From contig OZ024740.1 of NCBI GenBank assembly GCA_964016885.1, positions 6,200,001 to 6,264,000 on the forward strand: a stretch of DNA of 64,000 bases, written 5' to 3'. Of the stretch, positions 43,457 through 57,100 are shown in pieces (position 1 is the stretch's first letter; each line of letters starts with the position of its first letter). The DNA comes from Eledone cirrhosa (Eukaryota). The translations under genes and the position numbers were made by a program. The notes under the pieces were generated by a model. It was not told the DNA's origin. It ran no database searches and saw only the letters and a program-made list of their open reading frames with translations.

Positions 43457-43733
43457 GTCGCTCAGTAGCTGTGTTAAAGTTACAATGTTAAGTTTCTTTT
43501 TTGGCTTAAAAACTGTAGTGTCTACTGTGCAGACTTGCATGTGGTGTTTTTGATTAATATTCCCTCAAACAACAATATGCCTTATGAAGTTAAGAAAACA
43601 TAACGATAACCCGAATGTTATAACAAAATAGGAAGCTGGGGATAAAAACTGCACTGGTTATTTATTAACAAAGATCGAAAATGTAAACACTGCAACGCAG
43701 AGAAAAACATTAGCGTAACCAAATTATCAGTTA

Positions 43734-43899
43734 TGTCTGTCTGCACGCCTATATCACCTCTCTGCACGACTGTCTGTCTGCACGCCTATATCACCTCTCT
43801 GCACGACGGTCTGTCTGCACGCCTATATCACCTCTCTGCACGACTGTCTGTCTGCACGCGTATATCACCTCTCTGCACGACTGTCTGTCTGCACGCCTA
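43734..43899. repeat. 37-bp minisatellite inside the Helitron, about 4.5 copies
   Basis: Unit TGTCTGTCTGCACGCCTATATCACCTCTCTGCACGAC starts at 43734, 43771, 43808 and 43845, with a partial copy at 43882-43899. Only two substitutions are seen among the copies (G at 43808, G at 43860). Confidence 0.97.
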
Positions 43900-44326
43900 A
43901 CGACGAAATATTTGCTTGTTTTACGTAGTCTTTAAATAGACTTGTTTTCAAGTAAAAATATTGTTTTAAAATGCTTTTAAATGGAAATGAGGCAAAACGG
44001 AAGCTTAGTGTTCGAACTGATGAATTTTGCAGGTCAATATTTTGCTGGCTCGACAACTGTCTGTTCGTGTATTTGGTTAATGTCATTTTAAACGCTGAGA
44101 AAGCCAGCGTAATTTTTACGTAAGACGCTCAATGTAAACAGAAAAAAGGGAAATAACTGATAACTTACGCACAAAAATCGATACATTATATTCGATTTCG
44201 TCACATAGGGTGGGTCAATTTGAAAATTTTTTTCCGATGTCTTCGCTAGGGCTAAATGTACAAGTATAGCAATTTCGGTGCAATTTCGTGAGAGATTCTA
44301 AGAGGAGATGTGTGCCAAAAATCGAT

Positions 44327-44339
44327 AGACAGACAGACA
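44327..44339 (-). repeat. Short (GTCT)n microsatellite near the Helitron 5' end
   Basis: Plus strand agacagacagaca, about 22 nt inside the 5'-TC terminus. Confidence 0.75.
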
Positions 44340-44444
44340 ACCACAGTTTTATATATATAGATTGTTTAGTGTCCTTAGTAGAAATTCTTCATCAAAGAGA
44401 TTTATACCAAAATAGTCATAGAACTGGTATATATATAATTGTAT

Positions 44445-47400
44445 AGTGTCCTTAGTAGAAATACTTCCCCAAAGAGATTTATACCAAAATAGTCATAGAA
44501 CTGGCATATATATGAGTATATAGTGTCCCCGGTAGAAATTCTTCACCAAAGAGATTTATACCAAAATATTCATAGAACTGGTATATATATGATTGTATAA
44601 TTTCCCTGGTAAATATTCTTAACCAGAGAGATTCATACCAAAATATTCATAGAACTGGTATATATATATGATTGTATAGTGTCCTTAGTAGAAATACTTC
44701 ACCAAAGAGATTTATACCAAAATATTCACAGAACTGGTATATATATGATTGTATATTGTCCTTAGTAGAAATTCTTCACCAAAGAGATTCATACCAAAAT
44801 ATTCACAGAACTGGTATATATATGATTGTATAGTGTCCTTAGTAGAAATTCTTCACCAAAGAGATTCATACCAAAATATTCATAGATCTTGTATGTTTAT
44901 GATTGTATAGTGTCCTGAGTAGAAATTATTCACCAAAGAGATTTATACCAAAATATTCATAGAACTGGTATCTTTATGATTGTATAGTGTCCTTATTAGA
45001 AATTCTTCATCAAAGAGATTTATACCAAAATATTCATAGAACTGGTATATATATGATTGTATAGTGTACTTAGTAGAAGTTCTTCACCAAAGAAAATTAT
45101 ACCAAAATATTCATAGAACTGGTATATATATGATTATATAGTGTCCTTAGTAGAAATACTTCACTAAAGAGATTTATACCAAAATATTCTTAGATCTGGT
45201 ATATATATGATAGTATAGTGTCCTTAGTAGAAATACTTCACCAAAGAGATTTATACCAAAATATGCATATAACTGGTATATATATGATTGTATATTGTCC
45301 CTAGTAGAAGTACTTCACCAAAGAGATTTATACCAAAATATTCATAGAACTGGTATACATATATGATTGTATAGTGTCCTTAGTAGAAGTTCTTCACCAA
45401 AGACTTTATACCAAATTATTCATAGAACTGGTATATATATGATTGTATAGTGTCCTTCGTAGAAATTCTTAAGGAAAGAGATTTATACCTAAATATTCAT
45501 AGAACTGGTATACATATGACTGTATAGTGTAGTTTGTAGAAATTCTTCACCAAAGAGATTTATACCAAAATATTCATAGAACTGGTATATATATGATTGT
45601 ATAGTGTCCTTAGTAAAATACTTCACCAAAGAGGTTTATACCAAAATATTCATAGAACTGCTATCTATATGATTGTATAGTGTCCTTAGTAAAATACTTC
45701 ACCAAAGAGATTTATACCAAAATATTCATAGAACTGCTATCTATATGATTGTATAGTGTCCTTAATAGAAATACTTCACCAAAGAGATTGATACCAAAAT
45801 ATTCACAGAACTGGTATATATATGATTGTATAGTGTCCTTAGTAGAAATTCTTCACCAAAGAGATTCATACCAAAATATTCACAGAACTGGTATATATAT
45901 GATTGTATAGTGTCCTTAGTAGAAATTCTTCACCAAAGAGATTCATACCAAAATATTCATAGATCTTGTATGTTTATGATTGTATAGTGTCCTGAGTAGA
46001 AATTATTCACCAAAGAGATTTATACCAAAATATTCATAGAACTGGTATATTTATGATTGTATAGTGTCCTTATTAGAAATTCTTCATCAAAGAGATTTAT
46101 ACCAAAATATTCATAGAACTGGTATATATATATGATTGTATAGTGTCCTTAGTAGAAATACTTCACCAAAGAGATTTATACCAAAATAGTCATAGAACTG
46201 GCATATATATGAGTATATAGTGTCCCCGGTAGAAATTCTTCACCAAAGAGATTTATACCAAAATATTCATAGAACTGGTATATATATGATTGTATAATTT
46301 CCCTGGTAAATATTCTTAACCAGAGAGATTCATACCAGAATATTCATAGAACTGGTATATATATATGATTGTATAGTGTCCTTAGTAGAAATACTTCACC
46401 AAAGAGATTTATACCAAAATATTCACAGAACTGGTATATATATGATTGTATATTGTCCTTAGTAGAAATTCTTCACCAAAGAGATTCATACCAAAATATT
46501 CACAGAACTGGTATATATATGATTGTATAGTGTCCTTAGTAGAAATTCTTCACCAAAGAGATTCATACCAAAATATTCATAGATCTTGTATGTTTATGAT
46601 TGTATAGTGTCCTGAGTAGAAATTATTCACCAAAGAGATTTATACCAAAATATTCATAGAACTGGTATATTTATGATTGTATAGTGTCCTTATTAGAAAT
46701 TCTTCATCAAAGAGATTTATACCAAAATATTCATAGAACTGGTATATATATGATTGTATAGTGTACTTAGTAGAAGTTCTTCACCAAAGAAAATTATACC
46801 AAAATATTCATAGAACTGGTATATATATGATTATATAGTGTCCTTAGTAGAAATACTTCACTAAAGAGATTTATACCAAAATATTCTTAGATCTGGTATA
46901 TATATGATTGTATAGTGTCCTTAGTAGAAATACTTCACCAAAGAGATTTATACCAAAATATGCATATAACTGGTATATATATGATTGTATATTGTCCCTA
47001 GTAGAAGTACTTCACCAAAGAGATTTATACCAAAATATTCATAGAACTGGTATACATATATGATTGTATAGTGTCCTTAGTAGAAGTTCTTCACCAAAGA
47101 CTTTATACCAAATTATTCATAGAACTGGTATATATATGATTGTATAGTGTCCTTCGTAGAAATTCTTAAGGAAAGAGATTTATACCTAAATATTCATAGA
47201 ACTGGTATACATATGACTGTATAGTGTAGTTTGTAGAAATTCTTCACCAAAGAGATTTATACCAAAATATTCATAGAACTGGTATATATATGATTGTATA
47301 GTGTCCTTAGTAAAATACTTCACCAAAGAGGTTTATACCAAAATATTCATAGAACTGCTATCTATATGATTGTATAGTGTCCTTAGTAAAATACTTCACC

Positions 47401-47500
47401 AAAGAGATTTATACCAAAATATTCATAGAACTGCTATCTATATGATTGTATAGTGTCCTTAATAGAAATACTTCACCAAAGAGATTGATACCAAAATATT
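44445..47500. repeat. Tandem duplication with a 22-monomer period (1697 bp) just right of the Helitron
   Basis: tttccctggtaaatattc at 44601 and 46298; gtgtAgtttgtag at 45531 and 47228. Both pairs are 1697 bp apart. Confidence 0.85.
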
Positions 47501-50500
47501 CATGGAACTGGTATATATATGATTATATAGTGTCCTTAGTAGAAATTCTTCACCAAAGAGATTTATACCAAAATATTCATAGAACTGGTATACATATGAT
47601 TGCATAGTGTCCCCGGCAGAAATTCTTCACCAAAGAGATTTATACCAAAATATTCATAGAACTGGTATATATATGATTGTGTAGCGTCCTTAGTAGCAAT
47701 ACTTCACCAAAGAGATGTATACCAAAATATTCATATAACTGGTATATATATGATTATATAGTGTCCTTAGTAGAAATTCTTCACCAAACAGATTTATACC
47801 AAATATTCATAGAACTGTTATACATATGATTGCATAGTGTCTTTGGTAGAAATTCTTCACCAAAGAGATTTATACCACAATAGTCATAGAACTGGTATAT
47901 ATATGATTGTATAGTGTCCTTAGTAGAAATACTTCCCCAAAGAGATTTATACCAAAATATTCATAGAACTGGTATATATATGATTGTATAGAGTCCTTAT
48001 TAGAAATACTTCACCAAAGAGATTTATACCAAAATATTCGTAGAACTGGTATATATATGATTATATAGTGTCCTTAGTAGAAATTCTTCACCAATAAGAT
48101 TTATACCCAAATATTCATAGAACTGGTATATATATGATTGTATAGTGTCCTTAGTAGAAATACTTCACCAAATACATTTATACCAAAATATTCACAAAAC
48201 TGGTATATTTATGATTGTATGATTGTATAGTGCCCTTAGTAGAAATTCTTCACCAAAGAGATTCATACCAAAATATTCATAGAACTGGTATATATATGAT
48301 TGCATAGTGTCCTTATTAGAAATTCTTCACCAAAGAGATTCATACCAAAATATTCATAGAACTTGTATATTTATGATTGTATCGTGTCCTGAGTAGAAAT
48401 TACTCACCAAAGAGATTTATACCAAAATATTCATAGAACTGGTATATTTATGATTGTATAGTGTCCTTAGAAGGAATACTTCACCAAAGTGATTTATACC
48501 CAAATATTCATAGAACTGGTATATATATGATTTTGTAATGTCCTTAGTAGCAATTCTTCAACAAACAGATTTATACAAAAATATTCAGAGAACTGGTATA
48601 CATATATGATTGTATAGTGTCCTTAGTAGAAGTTCTTCACCAAAGACTTTATACCAAAATATTCATAGAACTGGTATATATATGATTGTATAGTGTCCTT
48701 AGTAAAATACTTCACCAAAGAGATTTATACCAAAATATTCATAGAACTGGTATCTATATGATTGTATAGTGTCCGTAGTAGAAATACTTCACCAAAGAGA
48801 TTTATACCAAAATATGCATATAACTGGTATATATATGATTGTATATTATCCCTAGTAGAAATTCTTAAGGAAAGAGATTTATACCAAAATATTCATAGAA
48901 CTGGTATATATATGATTGTATAGTGTCCTTAGTAGATGTTCTTCACCAAAGACTTTATACCAAAATATTCATAGAACTGGTATATATATGATTGTATAGT
49001 GTCCTTCGTAGAAATTCTTAAGCAAAGAGATTTTTACCAAAATATTCATACAACTGGTATATATATGATTGTGTAGTGTCCTTAGTAGAAATACTTCACC
49101 AAAGAGATGTATACCAAAATATTTATAGAACTGGTATATATATGATTGTATAGTGTCCTTAGAAGAAATTCTTCACCAAAGAGATTTATGCAAACATATT
49201 CATAGAACTGGTATATATATGATTCTATAGTGTCCTTAGTAGAAATTCTTCACCAAAGAGATTTATACCAGAATATTCATAGAACTGGTATATATATGAT
49301 TGTATAATGTCCTTAGTAGAAATTCTTCACCAAAGATTTTATACCAGAATATTCATAGAACTGGTATATTTATGATTGTATAGTGTCCTTCGTAGAAATT
49401 CTTAAGCAAAGAGATTTTTACCAAAATATTCATAGAACTGGTATATATATGATTGTATAGTGTCCTTAGTAGAGGTTCTTCACCAAAGAGAATTATACCA
49501 AAATATTCATAGAACTGGTATATATATGATTGTATAGTGTCCTTAGTAGAAATTCTTCACGAAAGATTTTATACCCAAATATTCATAGAACTAGTATATA
49601 TATGATTGTATAGTGTTCTTAGTAGAAATTGTTCACCAAAGAGAATTATAGCCAAATATTCATAGAACTGGTATATATATGATTGTATAGTGTCCTTAGT
49701 AGAAATACTTCACCAAACAGATTTATACCAAAATATTCATAGAACTGGTATATATATGATTGTATAGTGTCCCTAGTAGAAATTCTTCTCAAAGAGATTC
49801 ATACCAAAATATTCATAGAACTGGTATATATATGATTGTATAGTGTCCTCAGTAGAAATTCTTCACCAAAGAGATTTATACCGACATATTCATAGAACTG
49901 GTATATATATGATTGTATAGTGTACTTAGTAGAAGTTCTTCACCAAAGAGAATTATACCAAAATATTCATAGAACTGGTATATATCTGATTGTATAGTGT
50001 CCTTTGTAGAAATACTTCACCAAAGAGATTTATACCAAAACATTCATAGATCTGGTATATATATGATTGTATAGTGTCCTTACTAGAAATACTTCTCCAA
50101 AGAGATTTATACCAAAATATTCATAGAATTGGTATATATATGATTATATAGTGTCCTTAGTAGAAATACTTCACCAAAGAGATTTATACCAAAATATTCA
50201 TAGAACTGCTATATATATGATTATATAGTGTCCTTAGTAGAAATTCTTCACCAAAGAGATTTATACCAAAATATTCATAGAACTGGTATACATATGATTG
50301 CATAGTGTCCCCGGCAGAAATTCTTCACCAAAGAGATTTATACCAAAATATTCATAGAACTGGTATATATATGATTGTGTAGTGTCCTTAGTAGAAATAC
50401 TTCTCCAAAGAGATGTATACCAAAATATTCATATAACTGGTATATATATGATTATATAGTGTCCTTAGTAGAAATTCTTCACCAAACAGATTTATACCAA

Positions 50501-51169
50501 AATATTCATAGAACTGTTATACATATGATTGCATAGTGTCTTTGGTAGAAATTCTTCACCAAAGAGATTTATACCACAATAGTCATAGAACTGGTATATA
50601 TATGATTGTATAGTGTCCTTAGTAGAAATACTTCCCCAAAGAGATTTATACCAAAATATTCATAGAACTGGTATATATATGATTGTATAGTGTCCTTATT
50701 AGAAATACTTCACCAAAGAGATTTATACCAAAATGTTCATAGAACTGGTATATATATGATTGTATAGTGTCCTTAGTAGAAATTCTTCACCACTATGTTT
50801 TATACCCAAATATTCATATAACTGGTATATATAGGATTGTATAGTGTCCTTAGTAGAAATACTTCCCCAAAGAGATTTATACCCAAATATTCATAGAACT
50901 TGTATATTTATGATTGTATAGTGTCCTGAGTAGAAATTATTCACCAAAGAGATTTATACCAAAATATTCATAGAACTTGTATATTTATGACTGTAAAGTG
51001 TCCTGAGTAGAAATTATTCACCAAAGTGATTTATACCAAAATATTCATAGAACTGGTATATATATGATTGTGTAGTGTCCTTAGTAGAAATTCTTCACCA
51101 AAGAGTTTTATACCCAAATATTCATAGAACTGTTATATATATGATTGTATAGTGTCCTTAGTAGAAATT

Positions 51170-54100
51170 CTTCACCAAAGAGAATTATACCAAAATATTC
51201 AAAGAAATGGTATATATATGATTATATAGTGTCCTTAGTAGAAATTCTTCACCAAAGAGATTTATACCAAAATGTTCATAGAACTGGTATATATATGATT
51301 GTATAATGTCCTTAGTAGAAATTCTTCACCAAAGATTTTATACCAGAATATTCATAGAACTGGTATATTTATGATTGTATAGTGTCCTTAGTAGAAATTC
51401 TTAAGCAAAGAGATTTTTACCAAAACATTCATAGAACTGGTATATATATGATTGTATAGTGTCCTTAGTAGAGGTTCTTCACCAAAGAGAATTATACCAA
51501 AATATTCATAGAACTGGTATATATATGATTGTATAGTGTCCTTAGTAGAAATTCTTCACGAAAGATTTTATACCCAAATATTCATAGAACTGGTATATAT
51601 ATGATCGTATAGTGTTCTTAGTAGAAATTGTTTACCAAAGAGAATTATAGCCAAATATTCATAGAACTGGTATATATATGATTGTATAGTGTCCTTAGTA
51701 GAAATACTTCACCAAACAGATTTATACCAAAATATTCATAGAACTGGTATAGATATGATTGTATAGTGTCACTAGTAGAAATTCTTCTCGAAAGAGATCC
51801 ATACCAAAATATTCATAGAACTGGTACATATATGATTGTATAGTGCCCTCAGTAGAAATTCTTCACCAAAGAGATTTATACCAACATATTCATAGAACTG
51901 GTATATATATGATTGTATAGTGTACTTAGTAGAAGTTCTTCACCAAAGAGAATTATACCAAAATATTCATAGAACTGGTATATATATGATTGTATAGTGT
52001 CCTTACTAGAAATACTTCACCAAAGAGATTTATACCAATATATTCATAGATCTGGTATATATATGATTGTATAGTGTCCTTACTAGAAATACTTCACCAA
52101 AGAGATTTATACCAAAATATTCATAGAACAGCTATATTTATGATTGTATAGTGTCCTTAGTAGAAATACTTCACCAAAGAGATTTATACCAAAATATTCA
52201 CAGAACTGGTATATATATGATTGTCTAGTGTCCTTAGTAAAAATTCTTCACCAAAGAGATTCATACCAAAATATTCATAGAACTGGTATATATATGATTG
52301 CATAGTGTCCTTAGTAGAAATTCTTCACCAAACAGATTCATACCAAAATATTCACAGAACTGGTATATATATGATTGTATAATGTCCTTAGTAGCAATTC
52401 TTCACCAAACAGATTTATACAAAAATATTCATAGAACTGGTATACATATATGATTGTATAGTGTCCTTAGTAGAAGTTCTTCACCAAAGACTTTATACCA
52501 AAATATTCATAGAACTGGTATATATATGATTGTATAGTGTCCTTCGTAGAAATTCTTAAGCAAAGAGATTTATACCAAAATATTCATAGAACTGGTATAT
52601 ATATGATTGTGTAGTGTCCTTAGTAGAAATTCTTCACCAAAGAGATTTATACCCAAATATTCATAGAACTGTTATATATATGATTGTATAGTGTCCTTAG
52701 TAGAAATTCTTAAGCAAAGAGATTTATACCAAAATATTCATAGAACTGGTATATATATGATTGTGTAGTGTCCTTAGTAGAAATTCTTCACCAAAGAGAT
52801 TTATACCAAAATATTCATAGAACTGGTATACATATGATTGCATAGTGTCCCCGGTAGAAATTCTTCACCAAAGAGATTTATACCAAAATATTCATAGAAC
52901 TGGTATATATATGTTTGTATAGTGTCCTTAGTAGAAATTCTTCTCCAAAGAGATTTATACTAAAACATTCATAGAACTGGTATATATATATGATTGTGTA
53001 GTGTCCTTAGTAGAAATACTTCACCAAAGAGATGTATACCAAAATATTTATTGAACTGGTATATATATGATTGTATAGTGTCCTTAGAAGAAATTCTTCA
53101 CCAAAGAGATTTATGCCAAAATATTCATAGAACTGGTATATATATGATTCTATAGTGTCCTTAGTAGAAATTCTTCACCAAAGATTTTATACCAGAATAT
53201 TCATAGAACTGGTATATTTATGATTGTATAGTGTCCTTCGTAGAAATTCTTAAGCAAAGAGATCTTTACCAAAATATTCATAGAACTGGTATATATATGA
53301 TTGTATAGTGTCCTTAGTAGAAATTCTTCACGAAAGATTTTATACCCAAATATTTATAGAACTGGTATATATATGATTGTATAGTATCCTCAGTAGAAAT
53401 TCTTCACCAAAGAGATTTATACCAACATATTCATAGAACTGGTATATATATGATTGTATAGTGTACTTAGTAGAAGTTCTTCTCCAAAGAGATTTATACT
53501 AAAACATTCATAGAACTGGTATATATATGATTGTGTAGTGTCCTTAGTAGAAATACTTCACCAAAGAGATGTATACCAAAATATTTATAGAACTGGTATA
53601 TATATGATTGTATAGTGTCCTTAGAAGAAATTCTTCACCAAAGAGATTTATGCCAAAATATTCATAGAACTGGTATATATATTATTATATAGTGTCCTTA
53701 GTAGAAATTCTTCACCAAAGAGATTTATACCAAAATATTCATAGAACTGGTATATATATGATTGTATAATGTCCTTAGTAGAAATTCTTCACCAAAGATT
53801 TTATACCAGAATAATCATAGAACTGGTTTATTTATGATTGTATAGTGTCCTTCGTAGAAATTCTTAAGCAAAGAGATTTTTACCAAAATATTCATAGAAC
53901 TGGTATATATATGATTGTATAGTGTCCTTAGTAGAGGTTCTTCACCAAAGAGAATTATACCAAAATGTTCATAGAACTGGTATATATATGATTGTATAGT
54001 GTCCTTAGTAGAAATTCTTCACGAAAGATTTTATACCCAAATATTCATAGAACTGGTATATATATGATCGTATAGTGTTCTTAGTAGAAATTGTTTACGA

Positions 54101-57100
54101 AAGAGAATTATAGCCAAGTACTCATAGAACTGGTATATATATGATTGTATAGTGTCCTTAGTAGAAATACTTCACCAAACAGATTTATACCAAAATATTC
54201 ATAGAACTGGTATATATATGATTGTATAGTGTCCTCAGTAGAAATTCTTCACCAAAGAGATTTATACCAACATATTCATAGAACTGGTATATATATGATT
54301 GTATAGTGTACTTAGTAGAAGTTCTTCACCAAAGAGATTTATACCAAAATATTCATAGATCTGGTATATATATGATTGTATAGTGTCCTTACTAGAAATA
54401 CTTCACCAAAGAGATTTATACCAAAATATTCATAGAACTGGTTATATATGATAGTATAGTGTCCTTAGTAGAAATTCTTCACCAAAGAGATTTATACCAA
54501 AATATTCATAGCACTGGTATATATATGATTGTATAGTGTCCTCAGTAGAAATTCTTCACCAAAGAGATTACCAAAATATTCATAGAACAGCTATATTTAT
54601 GATCGTATAGTGTCCTTAGTAGAAATACTTCACCAAAGAGATTTATACCAAAATATTCACAGAACTGGTATATATATGATTGTCTAGTGTCCTTAGTAGA
54701 AATTCTTCACCAAACAGATTCATACCAAAATATTCATAGAACTTGTATATTTATGATTGTATAGTGTCCTGAGTAGAAATTATTCACCAAAGAGATTTAT
54801 ACCAAAACATTCATAGAACTTGTATATTTATGACTGTATAGTGTCCTGAGTAGAAATTCTTCACCAAAGTGATTTATACCCAAATATTCATAGAACTGGT
54901 ATATATATGATTGTATAATGTCCTTCGTAGCAATTCTTCACCAAACAGATTTATACAAAAATATTCATAGAACTGGTATACATATATGATTGTATAGTGT
55001 CCTTAGTAGAAGTTCTTCACCAAAGACTTTATACCAAAATATTCATAGAACTGGTATATATATGATTGTATAGTGTCCTTCGTAGAAATTCTTAAGCAAA
55101 GAGATTTATACCAAAATATTCATAGAACTGGTATATATATGATTGTGTAGTGTCCTTAGTAGAAATTCTTCACCAAAGAGAATTATACCAAAATATTCAA
55201 AGAAATGGTATATATATGATTATATAGTGTCCTTAGTAGAAATTCTTCACCAAAGATTTTATACCAGAATATTCATAGAACTGGTATATTTATGATTGTA
55301 TAGTGTCCTTAGTAGAAATTCTTAAGCAAAGAGATTTTTACCAAAATATTCATAGAACTGGTATATATATGATTGTATAGTGTCCTTAGTAGAGGTTCTT
55401 CACCAAAGAGAATTATACCAAAATATTCATAGAACTGGTATATATATGATTGTATAGTGTCCTTAGTAGAAATTCTTCACGAAAGATTTTATACCCAAAT
55501 ATTCATAGAACTGGTATATATATGATCGTATAGTGTTCTTAGTAGAAATTGTTTACCAAAGAGAATTATAGCCAAATATTCATAGAACTGGTATATATAT
55601 GATTGTATAGTGTCCTTAGTAGAAATACTTCACCAAACAGATTTATACCAAAATATTCATAGAACTGGTATAGATATGATTGTATAGTGTCACTAGTAGA
55701 AATTCTTCTCGAAAGAGATCCATACCAAAATATTCATAGAACTGGTACATATATGATTGTATAGTGCCCTCAGTAGAAATTCTTCACCAAAGAGATTTAT
55801 ACCAACATATTCATAGAACTGGTATATATATGATTGTATAGTGTACTTAGTAGAAGTTCTTCACCAAAGAGAATTATACCAAAATATTCATAGAACTGGT
55901 ATATATATGATTGTATAGTGTCCTTACTAGAAATACTTCACCAAAGAGATTTATACCAATATATTCATAGATCTGGTATATATATGATTGTATAGTGTCC
56001 TTACTAGAAATACTTCACCAAAGAGATTTATACCAAAATATTCATAGAACAGCTATATTTATGATTGTATAGTGTCCTTAGTAGAAATACTTCACCAAAG
56101 AGATTTATACCAAAATATTCACAGAACTGGTATATATATGATTGTCTAGTGTCCTTAGTAAAAATTCTTCACCAAAGAGATTCATACCAAAATATTCATA
56201 GAACTGGTATATATATGATTGCATAGTGTCCTTAGTAGAAATTCTTCACCAAACAGATTCATACCAAAATATTCACAGAACTGGTATATATATGATTGTA
56301 TAATGTCCTTAGTAGCAATTCTTCACCAAACAGATTTATACAAAAATATTCATAGAACTGGTATACATATATGATTGTATAGTGTCCTTAGTAGAAGTTC
56401 TTCACCAAAGACTTTATACCAAAATATTCATAGAACTGGTATATATATGATTGTATAGTGTCCTTCGTAGAAATTCTTAAGCAAAGAGATTTATACCAAA
56501 ATATTCATAGAACTGGTATATATATGATTGTGTAGTGTCCTTAGTAGAAATTCTTCACCAAAGAGATTTATACCCAAATATTCATAGAACTGTTATATAT
56601 ATGATTGTATAGTGTCCTTCGTAGAAATTCTTAAGCAAAGAGATTTATACCAAAATATTCATAGAACTGGTATATATATGATTGTGTAGTGTCCTTAGTA
56701 GAAATTCTTCACCAAAGAGATTTATACCAAAATATTCATAGAACTGGTATACATATGATTGCATAGTGTCCCCGGTAGAAATTCTTCACCAAAGAGATTT
56801 ATACCAAAATATTCATAGAACTGGTATACATATGATTGCATAGTGTCCCGGTAGAAATTCTTCACCAAAGAGATTTATACCAAAATATTCATAGAACTGG
56901 TATATATATGTTTGTATAGTGTCCTTAGTAGAAATTCTTCTCCAAAGAGATTTATACTAAAACATTCATAGAACTGGTATATATATATGATTGTGTAGTG
57001 TCCTTAGTAGAAATACTTCACCAAAGAGATGTATACCAAAATATTTATTGAACTGGTATATATATGATTGTATAGTGTCCTTAGAAGAAATTCTTCACCA

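Larger units (their letters stand above)
43429..44361 (-). mobile_element. Non-autonomous Helitron (rolling-circle transposon), 933 bp
   Basis: Minus strand reads host ...aaacaA|TCTATATATATAAAACTGTGG...CCCGAGCAACGCCGGG CTTTACTG CTAG|Tcatatata. It has a 5'-TC end, a 3'-CTAG (CTRR) end, a GC-rich hairpin ending 12 nt before the 3' end, insertion between host A and T, and no TSD or TIRs. Removing 43429-44361 restores an in-register monomer (tatga+ttgt). No RepHel ORF is present. Confidence 0.93.

Noticed and set aside
43734-43899. Common origin of the 37-bp Helitron repeat and the 38/39-bp satellite subunit
   Set aside because: The lengths are similar, but there is no alignable similarity and GC content is very different.
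43865-44086. 73-aa ORF inside the Helitron
   Set aside because: It is short, ends in the 37-bp minisatellite, and has no recognisable HUH Rep or Pif1 helicase motif. A captured gene fragment cannot be excluded without BLASTX.
44350-44361. Apparent target-site duplication (tatatatatga at left vs tatatatataga at right)
   Set aside because: The right-hand TA tract is better explained as the Helitron's own 5' end (TCTATATATATAAAA). Excising 43429-44361 restores exactly one monomer with nothing duplicated.
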